Origin: a virus
Length of the DNA stretch: 64,000 nucleotides
Virus record (IMG/VR): IMGVR_UViG_3300035034_000989
Location: 39,983 to 103,982 of that record
Reading direction: 5' to 3' (one strand)
Under the pieces are notes generated by a model, which saw nothing but the letters and a program-made list of their open reading frames with translations, did not search any database and was not told the DNA's origin. The translations under genes and the position numbers were made by a program. Of this stretch, positions 38,969-48,726 are shown piece by piece (positions within the stretch are counted from its first letter, which is position 1; each line of letters begins with the position of its first letter).

Positions 38969-40425
38969 GAAATGACTTTCACACCATACCTGGTTTCAAA
39001 CGCATCAGCATCAGCTCGAGTGTTAACCATAGGATGACCCTTGATGTTCAAGCTGGTGTTAAGCAACATTGGGCATCCTGTACGCTCATGCATTAATGTT
39101 AGCGCATGGTGCAACCCCGGGTGATCCGATTTATTAACTGTCTGCACTCTGCTGGTATAATCAGCGTGTACTATAGCAGGAAACTTATCAGGGTACCTAC
39201 ACGGAAAGGTGTATTGCATATAAGGACTGGACGTTATCCGGCCCATATCGAAGTAATCGTTTGCATGCTCTTCTAATACAACAGGAGCAAACGGGCGAAA
39301 CTCTTGACGCTTTTTGATTTGATTAACACGATCTTTGATGTCCGTGCCACGCGGATCAGCAAACAGCGACCTGTTACCAAACGCTCTGGGGCCGAATTCT
39401 GCGCGTCCTGACGCTACTCCTACAATGGAGTTGGTCAGTATCTCATCCACTAGTCTTTGAGATGGGTACTCTCCACTGATGTCAGATCCGATGTAGGGGC
39501 CAGTCCATTTAACTTGCCTGTTATTAACACTGAGACAAGCGCCAAGACTACTGCCAGCATCGCCAGGATTAGGCATAATCCAAGTATTGCGATAATAATC
39601 AGGGATGCAACGATTAGCAGAACAATTGAGAGAAACACCACCCATATACACAAGATTATCCGACGGATAGACTCGCTTACTGTGTTGAAAAACTTCATGT
39701 AACTTCCTTTCTAATGTAACCTGTGCCGAAGCGGCAATATCGTATTCGTTGGCGCCTGGTAAATAATTCAGGCATCCCCGATGCAGGTTAACTTTTGTTT
39801 TTGCGAGCTTTCTTGTATAAAAGAAATCTTGCTCCATTTGGTCAGCATAGATAGGGTTACCATATGCCGCCATGCCCATAAGTATATACTCATCTTCGTT
39901 AGGTTTCAACCCCACTCGCTGAGTCATTGCAGTGTAAAACAAACCGAGGCTGTTAGGATAACGCTGTGTGAACAACTTAGTTAACTTGCCGTTATTGTAC
40001 TTCCACATGGTAAGACAATCCCATTCGCCTATCGCATCTGCAACAATAACACATGCATCGTCGTATCCGGATGTAAATGCTCCCGCCGCCGCATGAGACT
40101 CATGATGAGAAATACAACGTATCGGCACATCGTGGTAGCCAAACGCATCGCGTATTTTAGTTTCCACATGATCTTTTGCGAATGCTTTATCGTACTGCCC
40201 GCTATACACTTGTCTTACGCGCTTTAATAACGGCTTCTCGTAGAATGCAATGATATCCGGCTTGCCAAAGCTGTTGACTTCCTCTATCAGTCCTGGTGCA
40301 AGGTTCTTGTCGTTTTTGATTCTGGAGTACCTTTCCGAATGAGCGCCGAACATGATACAACCGTTATGTACAACTGATACAGAGGCGTCGTGTGAGAATG
40401 CCGACACACCAACAATATTAGTCAT
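38965..40425 (-). CDS. carbamoyltransferase (NodU/CmcH/TobZ family)
   Basis: HDAS, HHESH, DAIGE, GGVSLN, GRAEFGPRAFGNRS, RPFAP, LNTSLN. Confidence 0.96.
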   Translation of the reverse strand: MTNIVGVSAFSHDASVSVVHNGCIMFGAHSERYSRIKNDKNLAPGLIEEVNSFGKPDIIAFYEKPLLKRVRQVYSGQYDKAFAKDHVETKIRDAFGYHDVPIRCISHHESHAAAGAFTSGYDDACVIVADAIGEWDCLTMWKYNNGKLTKLFTQRYPNSLGLFYTAMTQRVGLKPNEDEYILMGMAAYGNPIYADQMEQDFFYTRKLAKTKVNLHRGCLNYLPGANEYDIAASAQVTLERKLHEVFQHSKRVYPSDNLVYMGGVSLNCSANRCIPDYYRNTWIMPNPGDAGSSLGACLSVNNRQVKWTGPYIGSDISGEYPSQRLVDEILTNSIVGVASGRAEFGPRAFGNRSLFADPRGTDIKDRVNQIKKRQEFRPFAPVVLEEHANDYFDMGRITSSPYMQYTFPCRYPDKFPAIVHADYTSRVQTVNKSDHPGLHHALTLMHERTGCPMLLNTSLNIKGHPMVNTRADADAFETRYGVKVIS

Positions 40426-40549
40426 AGTTGTATGGATCTCTCTTTTTTGCTTCTGCTATTTTCTTTTTAAAGTTTCTTTTCTTTTTCCACGTCTTGTACT
40501 TGGAAATAATCCATTCGATTACTTGCAATGTTTTAAACCACTCTAACAT
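40418..40549 (-). CDS. 43-aa basic peptide (not in ORF track)
   Basis: MLEWFKTLQVIEWIISKYKTWKKKRNFKKKIAEAKKRDPYNYD; overlaps the carbamoyltransferase start. Confidence 0.75.
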   Translation of the reverse strand: MLEWFKTLQVIEWIISKYKTWKKKRNFKKKIAEAKKRDPYNYD

Positions 40550-40582
40550 AGTCGGTGTCCTTAAATTAGTTAAATACATAGT

Positions 40583-40590
40583 TATTTATA
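40583..40590 (-). promoter_or_regulatory. T4-consensus late promoter TATAAATA driving the tailoring operon
   Basis: TATTTATA on the + strand, 33 nt from the peptide ATG. Confidence 0.7.
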
Positions 40591-40608
40591 TACTATAGGA
40601 AAAATATA

Positions 40609-41748
40609 ATGCTTAAACAGACACAGACTATTGTACCCAACATACCAAACACTGTCATTAGCATATCAAACGATTATTGCAGTCAGGGTGATTTGCTTGC
40701 TGTGCGAGCGCACAATAAAGTTACCAAACAAGATATGCTGTTGATATACACTAGGCTCAATGGAGAGTTTGAAATTACCGATTGCTATGCACCGGATTGG
40801 TGGACAAGTAACTGGCAGGTGGCCATACGAGGAATCAACGACAGCATATATTTTGTTGCTATAGATACTGTTCTGGGCATAGGGCATGTGGTGCGTTACA
40901 GATACCGCAAATTCGAAACGGTATTTACAGTTGACGATTGTGAATGTACGCTGGGCATGAATGACAAGTCTATTGCAATTAGTCAAGACGAGCAGTACAT
41001 TGCAGTGACCAACTTTCGTGTTCGACATAACAAAGAAGAAAGTACATTGCTATACTCTGCAGAGATAATACTGCACGACTGCAACACAAAACTCAGTACC
41101 TTGATGTCAACTGCTGACTCATCGGAATACAATCGCATATGGAGTTTTAGGAGTTTAGCAATTGCAAACAATCAGGTGATCGCCGGCTCACCTGATTTAA
41201 CATTCACTACAGAAACAACAGATACCATGCACAGAGAATACAACGGCAATGGTTCCAGGATCGATGTGTTCGACTTCGACGGCAATCATCTAACAAAAAT
41301 TACAGCACGCGATGCCTCCCCCGGAAATTTCTTTGGTACAGAACTGGAAGTATCGGGAGACGGACATACACTAATAGTCATGGCACCTGCACAAGATCAG
41401 AAGATAGGGTGCGCCTATCAATACAAGTTCATGGACAGTTCATGGGTACAAGCAGGAAAGTACTCTCCACGGGATATTGCTATACATACCGATATTAAAT
41501 ATTCTTTGTACGGTTGCTGTGTTAATCAAGATGGAAGTAAGTTTATGTTGTCTGATGGTCTATTCGGTGCATTATACGTGTACAATAACGATGAGCTTGT
41601 GCATACACATCACAAGAAAGGTAGCAAGGATTGGTTTGGGTTTGATATAAAAACAAACGACTCGTTTACACAAGTTGCTGTCATTGAAAGAGATACACCT
41701 CATGAAAATAATTCACTAGGAGCAGTGTACCTGTTTGAAATTAGTTAA
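40609..41748 (+). CDS. beta-propeller (FG-GAP-like) protein
   Basis: Repeated FG.s+.+s.DG..+ blades, C-terminal GAVYLF. Confidence 0.7.
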   Translation: MLKQTQTIVPNIPNTVISISNDYCSQGDLLAVRAHNKVTKQDMLLIYTRLNGEFEITDCYAPDWWTSNWQVAIRGINDSIYFVAIDTVLGIGHVVRYRYRKFETVFTVDDCECTLGMNDKSIAISQDEQYIAVTNFRVRHNKEESTLLYSAEIILHDCNTKLSTLMSTADSSEYNRIWSFRSLAIANNQVIAGSPDLTFTTETTDTMHREYNGNGSRIDVFDFDGNHLTKITARDASPGNFFGTELEVSGDGHTLIVMAPAQDQKIGCAYQYKFMDSSWVQAGKYSPRDIAIHTDIKYSLYGCCVNQDGSKFMLSDGLFGALYVYNNDELVHTHHKKGSKDWFGFDIKTNDSFTQVAVIERDTPHENNSLGAVYLFEIS

Positions 41749-42127
41749 CACCAGTCCACGGATCACCTGGGTTGTATCCTGATATGCCTAGCCACTTGTA
41801 ACCTTTTTTGGTTAGCGTGTCTTTTGTTTCTAGTTTCGTACTGCGGTTATCAAGCACATATCCTTCTACTTCTAATACCAAGTGCCCTTCGCCATCTTCT
41901 GTGTTGCAGGCTAGTAAGCGTGAGTTGTTGATTCCTGCTTTGCGTACTAACTGTCTGCACATCATTGCAAAGTCATCGCAGTCACCTTTAAATACCATGC
42001 GTTCTCTGAACTCAGGCGGCATCGACCATTTTTCTTCTTGGCCGTACTGCTTCTTGTCTGTTACGTATCTAAACGATTCGAACACCTTTTCATGAACACT
42101 TTCGAGAGTTTCTACCAACTTACTCAT
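41741..42127 (-). CDS. transglutaminase-like cysteine protease (BTLCP/LapG-like)
   Basis: YVTD..YG..EKW, GDCDDFA, GHLVL, VLDN catalytic triad. Confidence 0.88.
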   Translation of the reverse strand: MSKLVETLESVHEKVFESFRYVTDKKQYGQEEKWSMPPEFRERMVFKGDCDDFAMMCRQLVRKAGINNSRLLACNTEDGEGHLVLEVEGYVLDNRSTKLETKDTLTKKGYKWLGISGYNPGDPWTGVN

Positions 42128-42521
42128 CTAATATCTCCTTGTCTAATTTGATGTATACGCTTTCTTTAAATTTTTGGTATCCGCTAACAATTAGATGTTG
42201 AGCTAAATCAACTGGGTCACTGCCGTTTATACTGACATAGATCACAGCAACATACCGATACTTGCCACGTCGAACACTTTTTATTGTTACATATTTATTT
42301 TCTATTAGGTCACGTACCAGAGCCGTGGCGGCTTCACCGTGCTCGCGTTCGCTTTTGTACTTGGGTCTCCAAGTCTCAGGTGCATCAAAGTCAACAGTGT
42401 CAGCAGTAAGTCGGAAACGTATGTCCTGGCTTATATCAAATCCTAAGTCAACATTTATATCAAATGTGTCTGCATCTACTACTCGAGTTACTGTGCCTGC
42501 AAAAATCCAAGATCTATCCAT
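42120..42521 (-). CDS. thermonuclease (SNase-like)
   Basis: RVVDADT..VDLGF, RL..DAPE, GKYR. Confidence 0.85.
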   Translation of the reverse strand: MDRSWIFAGTVTRVVDADTFDINVDLGFDISQDIRFRLTADTVDFDAPETWRPKYKSEREHGEAATALVRDLIENKYVTIKSVRRGKYRYVAVIYVSINGSDPVDLAQHLIVSGYQKFKESVYIKLDKEILDE

Positions 42522-42712
42522 TAGCAGTCAGCAACCTTCTGGTCGGTAGGATGGGCTTTGTTGTGTTCTAATACTTCAAGTTTGAGTTCTTCGCATCCTA
42601 CTACCAGAACGCGCTTGTTGGTGGGAGTAAATTGAGATGGCTTGGCATCGGAAGTGTTAGAACAACCGGAAACGAGCAGTAGTGAAAATAAAGCAAAAAA
42701 TGTGGTTTTCAT
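42521..42712 (-). CDS. small lipoprotein
   Basis: Signal peptide with lipobox VSGC. Confidence 0.75.
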   Translation of the reverse strand: MKTTFFALFSLLLVSGCSNTSDAKPSQFTPTNKRVLVVGCEELKLEVLEHNKAHPTDQKVADC

Positions 42713-42729
42713 AAACTTCCTTTTTGCTT

Positions 42730-42737
42730 TATTTATC
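42730..42737 (-). promoter_or_regulatory. late promoter GATAAATA
   Basis: Upstream of the lipoprotein gene. Confidence 0.65.
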
Positions 42738-42745
42738 GCATGTTG

Positions 42746-43027
42746 TTAGCGTCTTACTTTTCTTACCAGTGCTTCAACCTTGCCCCATAGAGTAGGATCA
42801 ATGGTGTCTTTGTCAATGTCAATGCCGTACAAAGGATGTCCATTAACTTTGATTGTGTCTGGAAAGATTAACGATATGCACTCGTCTTTTAGGTTGCCTT
42901 CGACTTGTATCGTGCCGTGTTCAATAAAAGAAGAAAACATGGTCCACTGTTCAAATATCTGATCGCGTACATGATCTTCTTCTTCGTAATCTTCTGCTAT
43001 AAACATCTTAAACATATCTACTGACAT
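42746..43027 (-). CDS. hypothetical protein
   Basis: GAGG RBS. Confidence 0.65.
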   Translation of the reverse strand: MSVDMFKMFIAEDYEEEDHVRDQIFEQWTMFSSFIEHGTIQVEGNLKDECISLIFPDTIKVNGHPLYGIDIDKDTIDPTLWGKVEALVRKVRR

Positions 43028-43081
43028 GGTTGTTCCTCGTTAGTTGCTAGAGTTATAAGATAGCATCTTGTGTACCAAATG

Positions 43082-43456
43082 TCAACGAGTTGCTCGTATT
43101 AATAAGCGTGCCTCGGGATACGAGTAGCGAATGGATAACGCATCGATTACATGAGCTAGGTGTTCTTCGCTGTAACCTAATGTGTATGTAAATCTACCGG
43201 AATCGAATTGTTTTGGCAGACCAAGGCAAAACGGCAGATCAAATATAACAGTTACGTGCCCGTGTAAAAGCGGGTGCCCTGGTGGCTTAGTAACCATTGG
43301 TTTGATGTACGGTTTTATTAATGGGAAGTTTAGCACAAATAACCAGAATTCAAACTGCTCATTGTCTTTAAACTGTAGTATGTCACCGGCGAGATAAAGT
43401 AGAGATAGGTCCTCTGTGGTCATACGTTTGTTTATCATCTTGCGTGGGTCGATCAT
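43082..43456 (-). CDS. hypothetical protein (MIDPRKMI)
   Basis: AAGG RBS. Confidence 0.6.
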   Translation of the reverse strand: MIDPRKMINKRMTTEDLSLLYLAGDILQFKDNEQFEFWLFVLNFPLIKPYIKPMVTKPPGHPLLHGHVTVIFDLPFCLGLPKQFDSGRFTYTLGYSEEHLAHVIDALSIRYSYPEARLLIRATR

Positions 43457-43666
43457 GATTTTTTCCTTACGGTGTAGACGAGCATTATAACACACCTCAA
43501 GCAATAATTCAAATTTACTTGACCAGAACAGTAATTCTTGTTTAGGATCACGGTCTAGGTTTTGTGTGCGCTTTATGTATATGCGTGTGCGACTTGATAT
43601 ATGTCTTGCAATCTTGGTGCATCTATCGTATACTGCTAACCATTAAACCAATAACAAGATATAGAT

Positions 43667-44419
43667 ATGCTTAGTTTTTCAAAGGAATACAGTGCGATAT
43701 TTAAACGTACATTTGGATTCACAATTGCTAACATATTGTTCGTAAACTCAATTGTGCTTGCTGTTCGCTTGATATATGCAACAGTATCCTTAATAGCTGG
43801 TGGTGACTTCGTGTTTTATGTTGGCGCTACTATACTACCCCAGTTCGTTTTATTTGCAATTTCAATAGGAATACTTGGCACGGTACTGCACACTGCATTC
43901 CTATCAGAATCACTGCTAGGAGAGATCATTACAGACTGGATACGGCTAAAGGCAACGTGGCGAATGGGCGACCGCAAGAAGCTGGCCTTGCTTTTTCTTA
44001 ACTCGTACATTGTGCTGTACCACTTAATTTTTCCTGTTGTTATATACGCACTTATACGATACCGAAATGTGAAAACAATTGCTCTTAATCCTGACAAATT
44101 CGGATATCAGTTCAATCGAAGAATCACACCTGGCATGATCACATTCGACATGGTACTCGAAAACGAGAAGCCTGGGCGTATAAGCAGAACAGACTGCCAA
44201 GAACACACGATCAGAATAGGAGATCGACTTTACATTCGAAACGAGCAATCTGCGTTTTACTTACAGCTATCCTATTCGCCGATGGATCTGTTACATGCGT
44301 TTGGACAGGACCGAGATCAAATGATTTATTTCCTGGCAGAAACAATAACAGATGATCACGCAGGGTTGGACGAGGCATGGGCAACTCCTATTTTAAAATC
44401 ATCGTTTGTTATAGTGTAG
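43667..44419 (+). CDS. membrane protein (~3 TM) with soluble C-domain
   Basis: Hydrophobic segments; IYALIRYR shared with the next ORF. Confidence 0.7.
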   Translation: MLSFSKEYSAIFKRTFGFTIANILFVNSIVLAVRLIYATVSLIAGGDFVFYVGATILPQFVLFAISIGILGTVLHTAFLSESLLGEIITDWIRLKATWRMGDRKKLALLFLNSYIVLYHLIFPVVIYALIRYRNVKTIALNPDKFGYQFNRRITPGMITFDMVLENEKPGRISRTDCQEHTIRIGDRLYIRNEQSAFYLQLSYSPMDLLHAFGQDRDQMIYFLAETITDDHAGLDEAWATPILKSSFVIV

Positions 44420-44448
44420 ACAAGCAAAACATCGAACTGGAAACAATC

Positions 44449-45216
44449 ATGATCAACCCAAGCAAGATGATAGACAAAGATGAGCAACACGAAAAAAGGA
44501 AGGCCAGAGTGAAGAACGTGATATCATGGGCAATTATATTATTGATATCATGGGCCAATGTGTGGTCATCATATTTTTTAGTAGGGCTGATCGCGGAACT
44601 TGCTTGGCCACTACTGGGATATCTTAGCACAGATATATATGCTATGAGTTCATATGTTGTTGCTCTTGCGATCTGGCTAATAGGGTTTAAGGTATTGCCA
44701 AGAGTCAGCATTCCTGAGGCACTAGGCAAGACCAGGCGACTGCAAAACGCGAGAGTGTTGATGCACACACTTGCACTTACTGTAATGTTCTGGCCCATGC
44801 TTGCACAGGTGATATACAAGTCCATACGATATCGTAAAGTGAGAGGACTAGGAGCAACATTTGGTAGTGCGTATACTTCTAAATATTATACCGTTACACT
44901 CAACGCTGACAGGTTTCAAATACCAGTCAACGGAGTTGGCTTAACCAAGGCAGATCTCAATGAATACATGTTCTTGGACCACGGTGAGTACCTTATCAAA
45001 GACAGCGAAACGCTCACGTACTTGCTGGTCTCTCACAGCCCAATTGAAATAGCAAAAAGTTTCGGATACTTCGGCGGTCACAAAGACATATCGTCGGGTC
45101 TGTCATTGTTTGATTTTGTTAGGTGCCCGTTACGTGCTGAGGCCGCCAGATGTCTAATGCAAACATACGATGAAACCACTGAAGCTGTAGTAAGCAAGTA
45201 TCTACACTTTTTATAG
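44449..45216 (+). CDS. membrane protein, paralog of previous
   Basis: IYKSIRYRKV; SHSPIEI versus SYSPMDL. Confidence 0.7.
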   Translation: MINPSKMIDKDEQHEKRKARVKNVISWAIILLISWANVWSSYFLVGLIAELAWPLLGYLSTDIYAMSSYVVALAIWLIGFKVLPRVSIPEALGKTRRLQNARVLMHTLALTVMFWPMLAQVIYKSIRYRKVRGLGATFGSAYTSKYYTVTLNADRFQIPVNGVGLTKADLNEYMFLDHGEYLIKDSETLTYLLVSHSPIEIAKSFGYFGGHKDISSGLSLFDFVRCPLRAEAARCLMQTYDETTEAVVSKYLHFL

Positions 45217-45263
45217 ACCTAAAAGAACCTTTAAAATAAATTAAAAAAAGAACCAATTAGGTA

Positions 45264-45291
45264 TTGACTCCTAAGTGCATCACTGTATAAT
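45264..45291 (+). promoter_or_regulatory. sigma70-like promoter
   Basis: TTGACT-N16-TATAAT. Confidence 0.75.
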
Positions 45292-45341
45292 AGATAACAG
45301 TTAGATAAAGAGCACAACTTAAACAGTTTTAGGAGAGCACA

Positions 45342-46508
45342 ATGTACGTATATATAGTTAAAGGCATACACAGAAACGAAGAAGTAACTGGTATATTTCC
45401 GTTACTTAAACCTTTTCACCGCACTCCAAGTGGCGCTGGTCAGATCCAGATACGCACTAAAGTTGAGGCACCGTTTACAGTTGACAGCCCACGCATTAAA
45501 TTAGAGCAAGACAACTTCTTTTACTGCGATGAAGACGGTGAAGCACTTGAAGATCAAGCAATTGCAACGCCACAGCTTGCAAATGCAATGCCAATTGCGG
45601 GCAGTAACCCAATGGACTTGTTAGATTACGAGACTCGTGTATTACAAAGCGAGTCGGAGGAAGAAGCAATCGAGCGCATACGCCATACGTTTGCCATGTA
45701 CGAGCGTTCAGCACAATCGGTAATCGGTGGTGTGATGCGCGGACTTATTGTAAGTGGTCCTCCGGGCATTGGTAAGTCGCACAGCGTTATGCAAATGTTA
45801 AAGTATCCAATGCGTGATACAATGAGCGCACTAGGTGGCACAAGCTTTAATAAGTCGATTGATTATGAAATAATTAGTGGCTCGAGTTCAGCAGTTGGTC
45901 TATACATGAAGCTGTATGAGTTCCGCAAGTCTAGCTCAGTGTTAGTGTTCGATGATTGCGACGAGATATTTGCAAACGAAGAGAGCTTGAACTTGCTGAA
46001 GGCAGCATTGGACAGCGGCGACAAGCGCACCATTTCATGGAACAAGAAGTCTAAGACACTTGAAATGGAAGATGTACCTAACAGCTTTGAGTTCGAAGGC
46101 AGTGTTATTGTGCTTACGAACATCGACTTCGAGCGTGCTCGTGCTAGTTTACGCAAGCACTTGGATGCAATGATATCACGTTGTCACTATGTTAACCTTG
46201 AAGTTACTACCAATCGTGATAAGATATTGCGTGTTAAGCAAATTGTTAGAGATGGCATGCTCCAAAAGTATAACTTCGATAACGGTGAAGAAGCCAAGAT
46301 CATCCAGTACATGGAAGACAATGCAGAATACTTATACGACATATCGTTGCGTATGGTTACCAAGATTGCAGATCTTGTTGCAGAGTTTAGTGACTGGAGA
46401 GAGATGGTAGAAACCACTTGTATGAAACGCGAAGCACGCTTTAAGAGATTACACGAGCGTAGAGAAGCCAGCAAAGCAACTACCGAAGGCCAAGCTGTAG
46501 AAGCTTAG
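45342..46508 (+). CDS. AAA+ ATPase
   Basis: GPPGIGKS, VFDDCD, LKAALDS, SRC. Confidence 0.9.
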   Translation: MYVYIVKGIHRNEEVTGIFPLLKPFHRTPSGAGQIQIRTKVEAPFTVDSPRIKLEQDNFFYCDEDGEALEDQAIATPQLANAMPIAGSNPMDLLDYETRVLQSESEEEAIERIRHTFAMYERSAQSVIGGVMRGLIVSGPPGIGKSHSVMQMLKYPMRDTMSALGGTSFNKSIDYEIISGSSSAVGLYMKLYEFRKSSSVLVFDDCDEIFANEESLNLLKAALDSGDKRTISWNKKSKTLEMEDVPNSFEFEGSVIVLTNIDFERARASLRKHLDAMISRCHYVNLEVTTNRDKILRVKQIVRDGMLQKYNFDNGEEAKIIQYMEDNAEYLYDISLRMVTKIADLVAEFSDWREMVETTCMKREARFKRLHERREASKATTEGQAVEA

Positions 46509-46518
46509 TGGCAAAACC

Positions 46519-46545
46519 AAAAGACGCGCTTATGCGCGTTTTTTT
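46519..46545 (+). terminator. intrinsic terminator
   Basis: GACGCGC-TTAT-GCGCGTTTTTTT. Confidence 0.85.
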
Positions 46546-46718
46546 ATGACTGGGCATTGCATGTCTTTTATTTTTAAAGCTTGCACAGACGCATACAGTG
46601 CGTTGAAATAGTATTAAATAAAAGGTTGCAACTGTTTCAAATGATGCTATACTTTGCGGACTTAGACAAGCAAACTAAGTTACACAATTTATTACACAAC
46701 ACAAAAAGGAATTGACAA

Positions 46719-46919
46719 ATGTCAAACACAAATACGTCAAAGTTAGTTTTAAGTCGTCGCATCGGCGAAAGTATTATCATCGGCGACGGTGATAGCGCAG
46801 TAACGGTACACGTGGTTGGCTTCCAGAGTAACCAAGTTAAGCTGAGCTTCGAGGCACCTCGCAGTGTATCGATAGACCGTGAAGAAATACGCAAGCGCAA
46901 GACGCAATCTGTTTGCTAA
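46719..46919 (+). CDS. csrA: carbon storage regulator CsrA/RsmA
   Basis: LVLSRRIGESIIIG...V...QVKL...AP..V.IDREEI. Confidence 0.93.
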   Translation: MSNTNTSKLVLSRRIGESIIIGDGDSAVTVHVVGFQSNQVKLSFEAPRSVSIDREEIRKRKTQSVC

Positions 46920-46944
46920 TAACAGAGCACATCTCCTGAGGCAG

Positions 46945-46977
46945 AAGCGCATGTTTTTATAACATGCGTTTTTTTTT
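46945..46977 (+). terminator. intrinsic terminator
   Basis: GCGCATGTT-loop-AACATGCGT followed by a T-run. Confidence 0.85.
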
Positions 46978-47060
46978 GGGTTTTTGTAAAAAAAGTGTTG
47001 CAATCACAAAACAGTGTGCTATATTAAATACGAGGAATAAAAATATATCAGGAGATAATT

Positions 47061-47531
47061 ATGCCACGCTACGAACCTTTAAACCACGAAGAGCTAGATT
47101 TAGCTTATACCATAGCCAAACACAGCTTGCTCAATGACCACGAGCTACACAAGCAAGTACACGAGATGTCAGCAGTGTACACGCGCTCAGAACAAAGCTT
47201 ATACCTGCTTACAATACGCATGTTTTATGTTTTACACGGTAAAATGCCGTGTGGCATAGCCAGCTGTGATTGGTATAAAGCATCGCGTCCAGTTGCGCAA
47301 TATTTGTTGTTCCGGGGGCTAAGTATATCAGACGAATACAAAGAGCACATGGCCAAAGAGAAACCTGTTGTAAGCAACGAAGACGCTAGGAAACTAATGT
47401 CCGAGTATTACAAAGAGAACAAAACATGGTTGCCGGACACCATAAAGAACAAGCGCGAGCTGGTAATAGATTGCATTGAGCACGGCACCAGTCCTGCAGA
47501 GGCATTCAAGAAGGCAATAACATCCGTTTAG
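47061..47531 (+). CDS. hypothetical protein
   Basis: AGGAG RBS, own promoter. Confidence 0.7.
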   Translation: MPRYEPLNHEELDLAYTIAKHSLLNDHELHKQVHEMSAVYTRSEQSLYLLTIRMFYVLHGKMPCGIASCDWYKASRPVAQYLLFRGLSISDEYKEHMAKEKPVVSNEDARKLMSEYYKENKTWLPDTIKNKRELVIDCIEHGTSPAEAFKKAITSV

Positions 47532-47564
47532 AAAACCGGCTTTGTATTCTTGATAAATATACAT

Positions 47565-47900
47565 ATGAATACAAAGCCATTACATCCATTGACCCACGTC
47601 AAAGACGCACTTAACGCAATCAAAGAGAATCGTGTAACTCCTGTTACCAAGATTGGTGAATTCTATTATTACCTAAGTGGTGAGGATATCGAACTCGGTA
47701 ATCTAGTGTACACACAGTTTAATATGTTGCTCGAGCCAATTCAATCATTCCGAGTACGATACGGCACTCAGCATACCATACATCAGGCCATAGCAAATCC
47801 ATTGCCACGCAGTGAGATCTCAGAGTTGGTACATACCCAACTTCCGGGTAACCTGGATCTTGTAATGACAGTGGGACAAATCCTAAAAGGCTACACCTAG
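47565..47900 (+). CDS. hypothetical protein
   Basis: Preceded by GATAAATA (47552-47559). Confidence 0.6.
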   Translation: MNTKPLHPLTHVKDALNAIKENRVTPVTKIGEFYYYLSGEDIELGNLVYTQFNMLLEPIQSFRVRYGTQHTIHQAIANPLPRSEISELVHTQLPGNLDLVMTVGQILKGYT

Positions 47901-47968
47901 CTCTTGCATTGTTGTTTCTTTCGTGTATAATGCTGTTAACGGTTAAACACACACACAGGAACAACGAC

Positions 47969-48406
47969 ATGTCAGACATCAATACCGATCCAGTAAAGGC
48001 TCTTGCCACCTTACTCTCAAAATTTAAAACAAGTCATGTTCATCGCTGGATTTCCAAGACAGACACTTTTGCAAGTACGGAGACCAGGATAATAGGCATC
48101 GTCACAGTGCTGATCAACATGGTGCTGTTTGTTTGTATATTTTTTGGGTTTCAAAACATGTACTATACACTGGAACACATGAACAATATCATGCAAGGTG
48201 CCAGTGGACAGGATCTTGCATTCTCAGTATTATTCACCATTTTCTTTGCATACATGGCAGGAAAATCTCAAGTAGCATTGACAGTATTTAAAATTGACAA
48301 GATGTTCCGTGATCTAACCGACTCTGATGATGACAACGTTACTCAGAAGTATATTGCAGTTGCCGACGAATACATAAGGATGCAAAAAGATAGTGATGGC
48401 AAATAA
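47969..48406 (+). CDS. membrane protein (2 TM)
   Basis: Two hydrophobic helices. Confidence 0.65.
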   Translation: MSDINTDPVKALATLLSKFKTSHVHRWISKTDTFASTETRIIGIVTVLINMVLFVCIFFGFQNMYYTLEHMNNIMQGASGQDLAFSVLFTIFFAYMAGKSQVALTVFKIDKMFRDLTDSDDDNVTQKYIAVADEYIRMQKDSDGK

Positions 48407-48647
48407 TACCGTACAAGCAGAATGCCCATTCTGCAAGGACAACGAAACTAAGGTGAAGTCTCTCGAAAGACAATGTAACTGGAGGGTGCAACGTTTTCAA
48501 GTCTTTGTGGTGTGCAATAATTGCGGAGCATGTGGACCAGATGTTAACGTTGAAATCCCTAACCGTGTGTACTATTATGAAAATATAAACGAAAAGGATC
48601 AGGTATATGCGGACAGGGCATACTCACTATGGAACAACAGAGATTAA
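48396..48647 (+). CDS. Lar-family-like zinc-ribbon protein
   Basis: CPFC...VCNNCGACGP...A...WN.R. Confidence 0.7.
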   Translation: MANNTVQAECPFCKDNETKVKSLERQCNWRVQRFQVFVVCNNCGACGPDVNVEIPNRVYYYENINEKDQVYADRAYSLWNNRD

Positions 48648-48726
48648 TCTCTTTAAATAAAACATTGACATTTGATGCACCTTTGTTATAATTGTATCAA
48701 GTAAACAAAACAGGCAGGTACAAACT

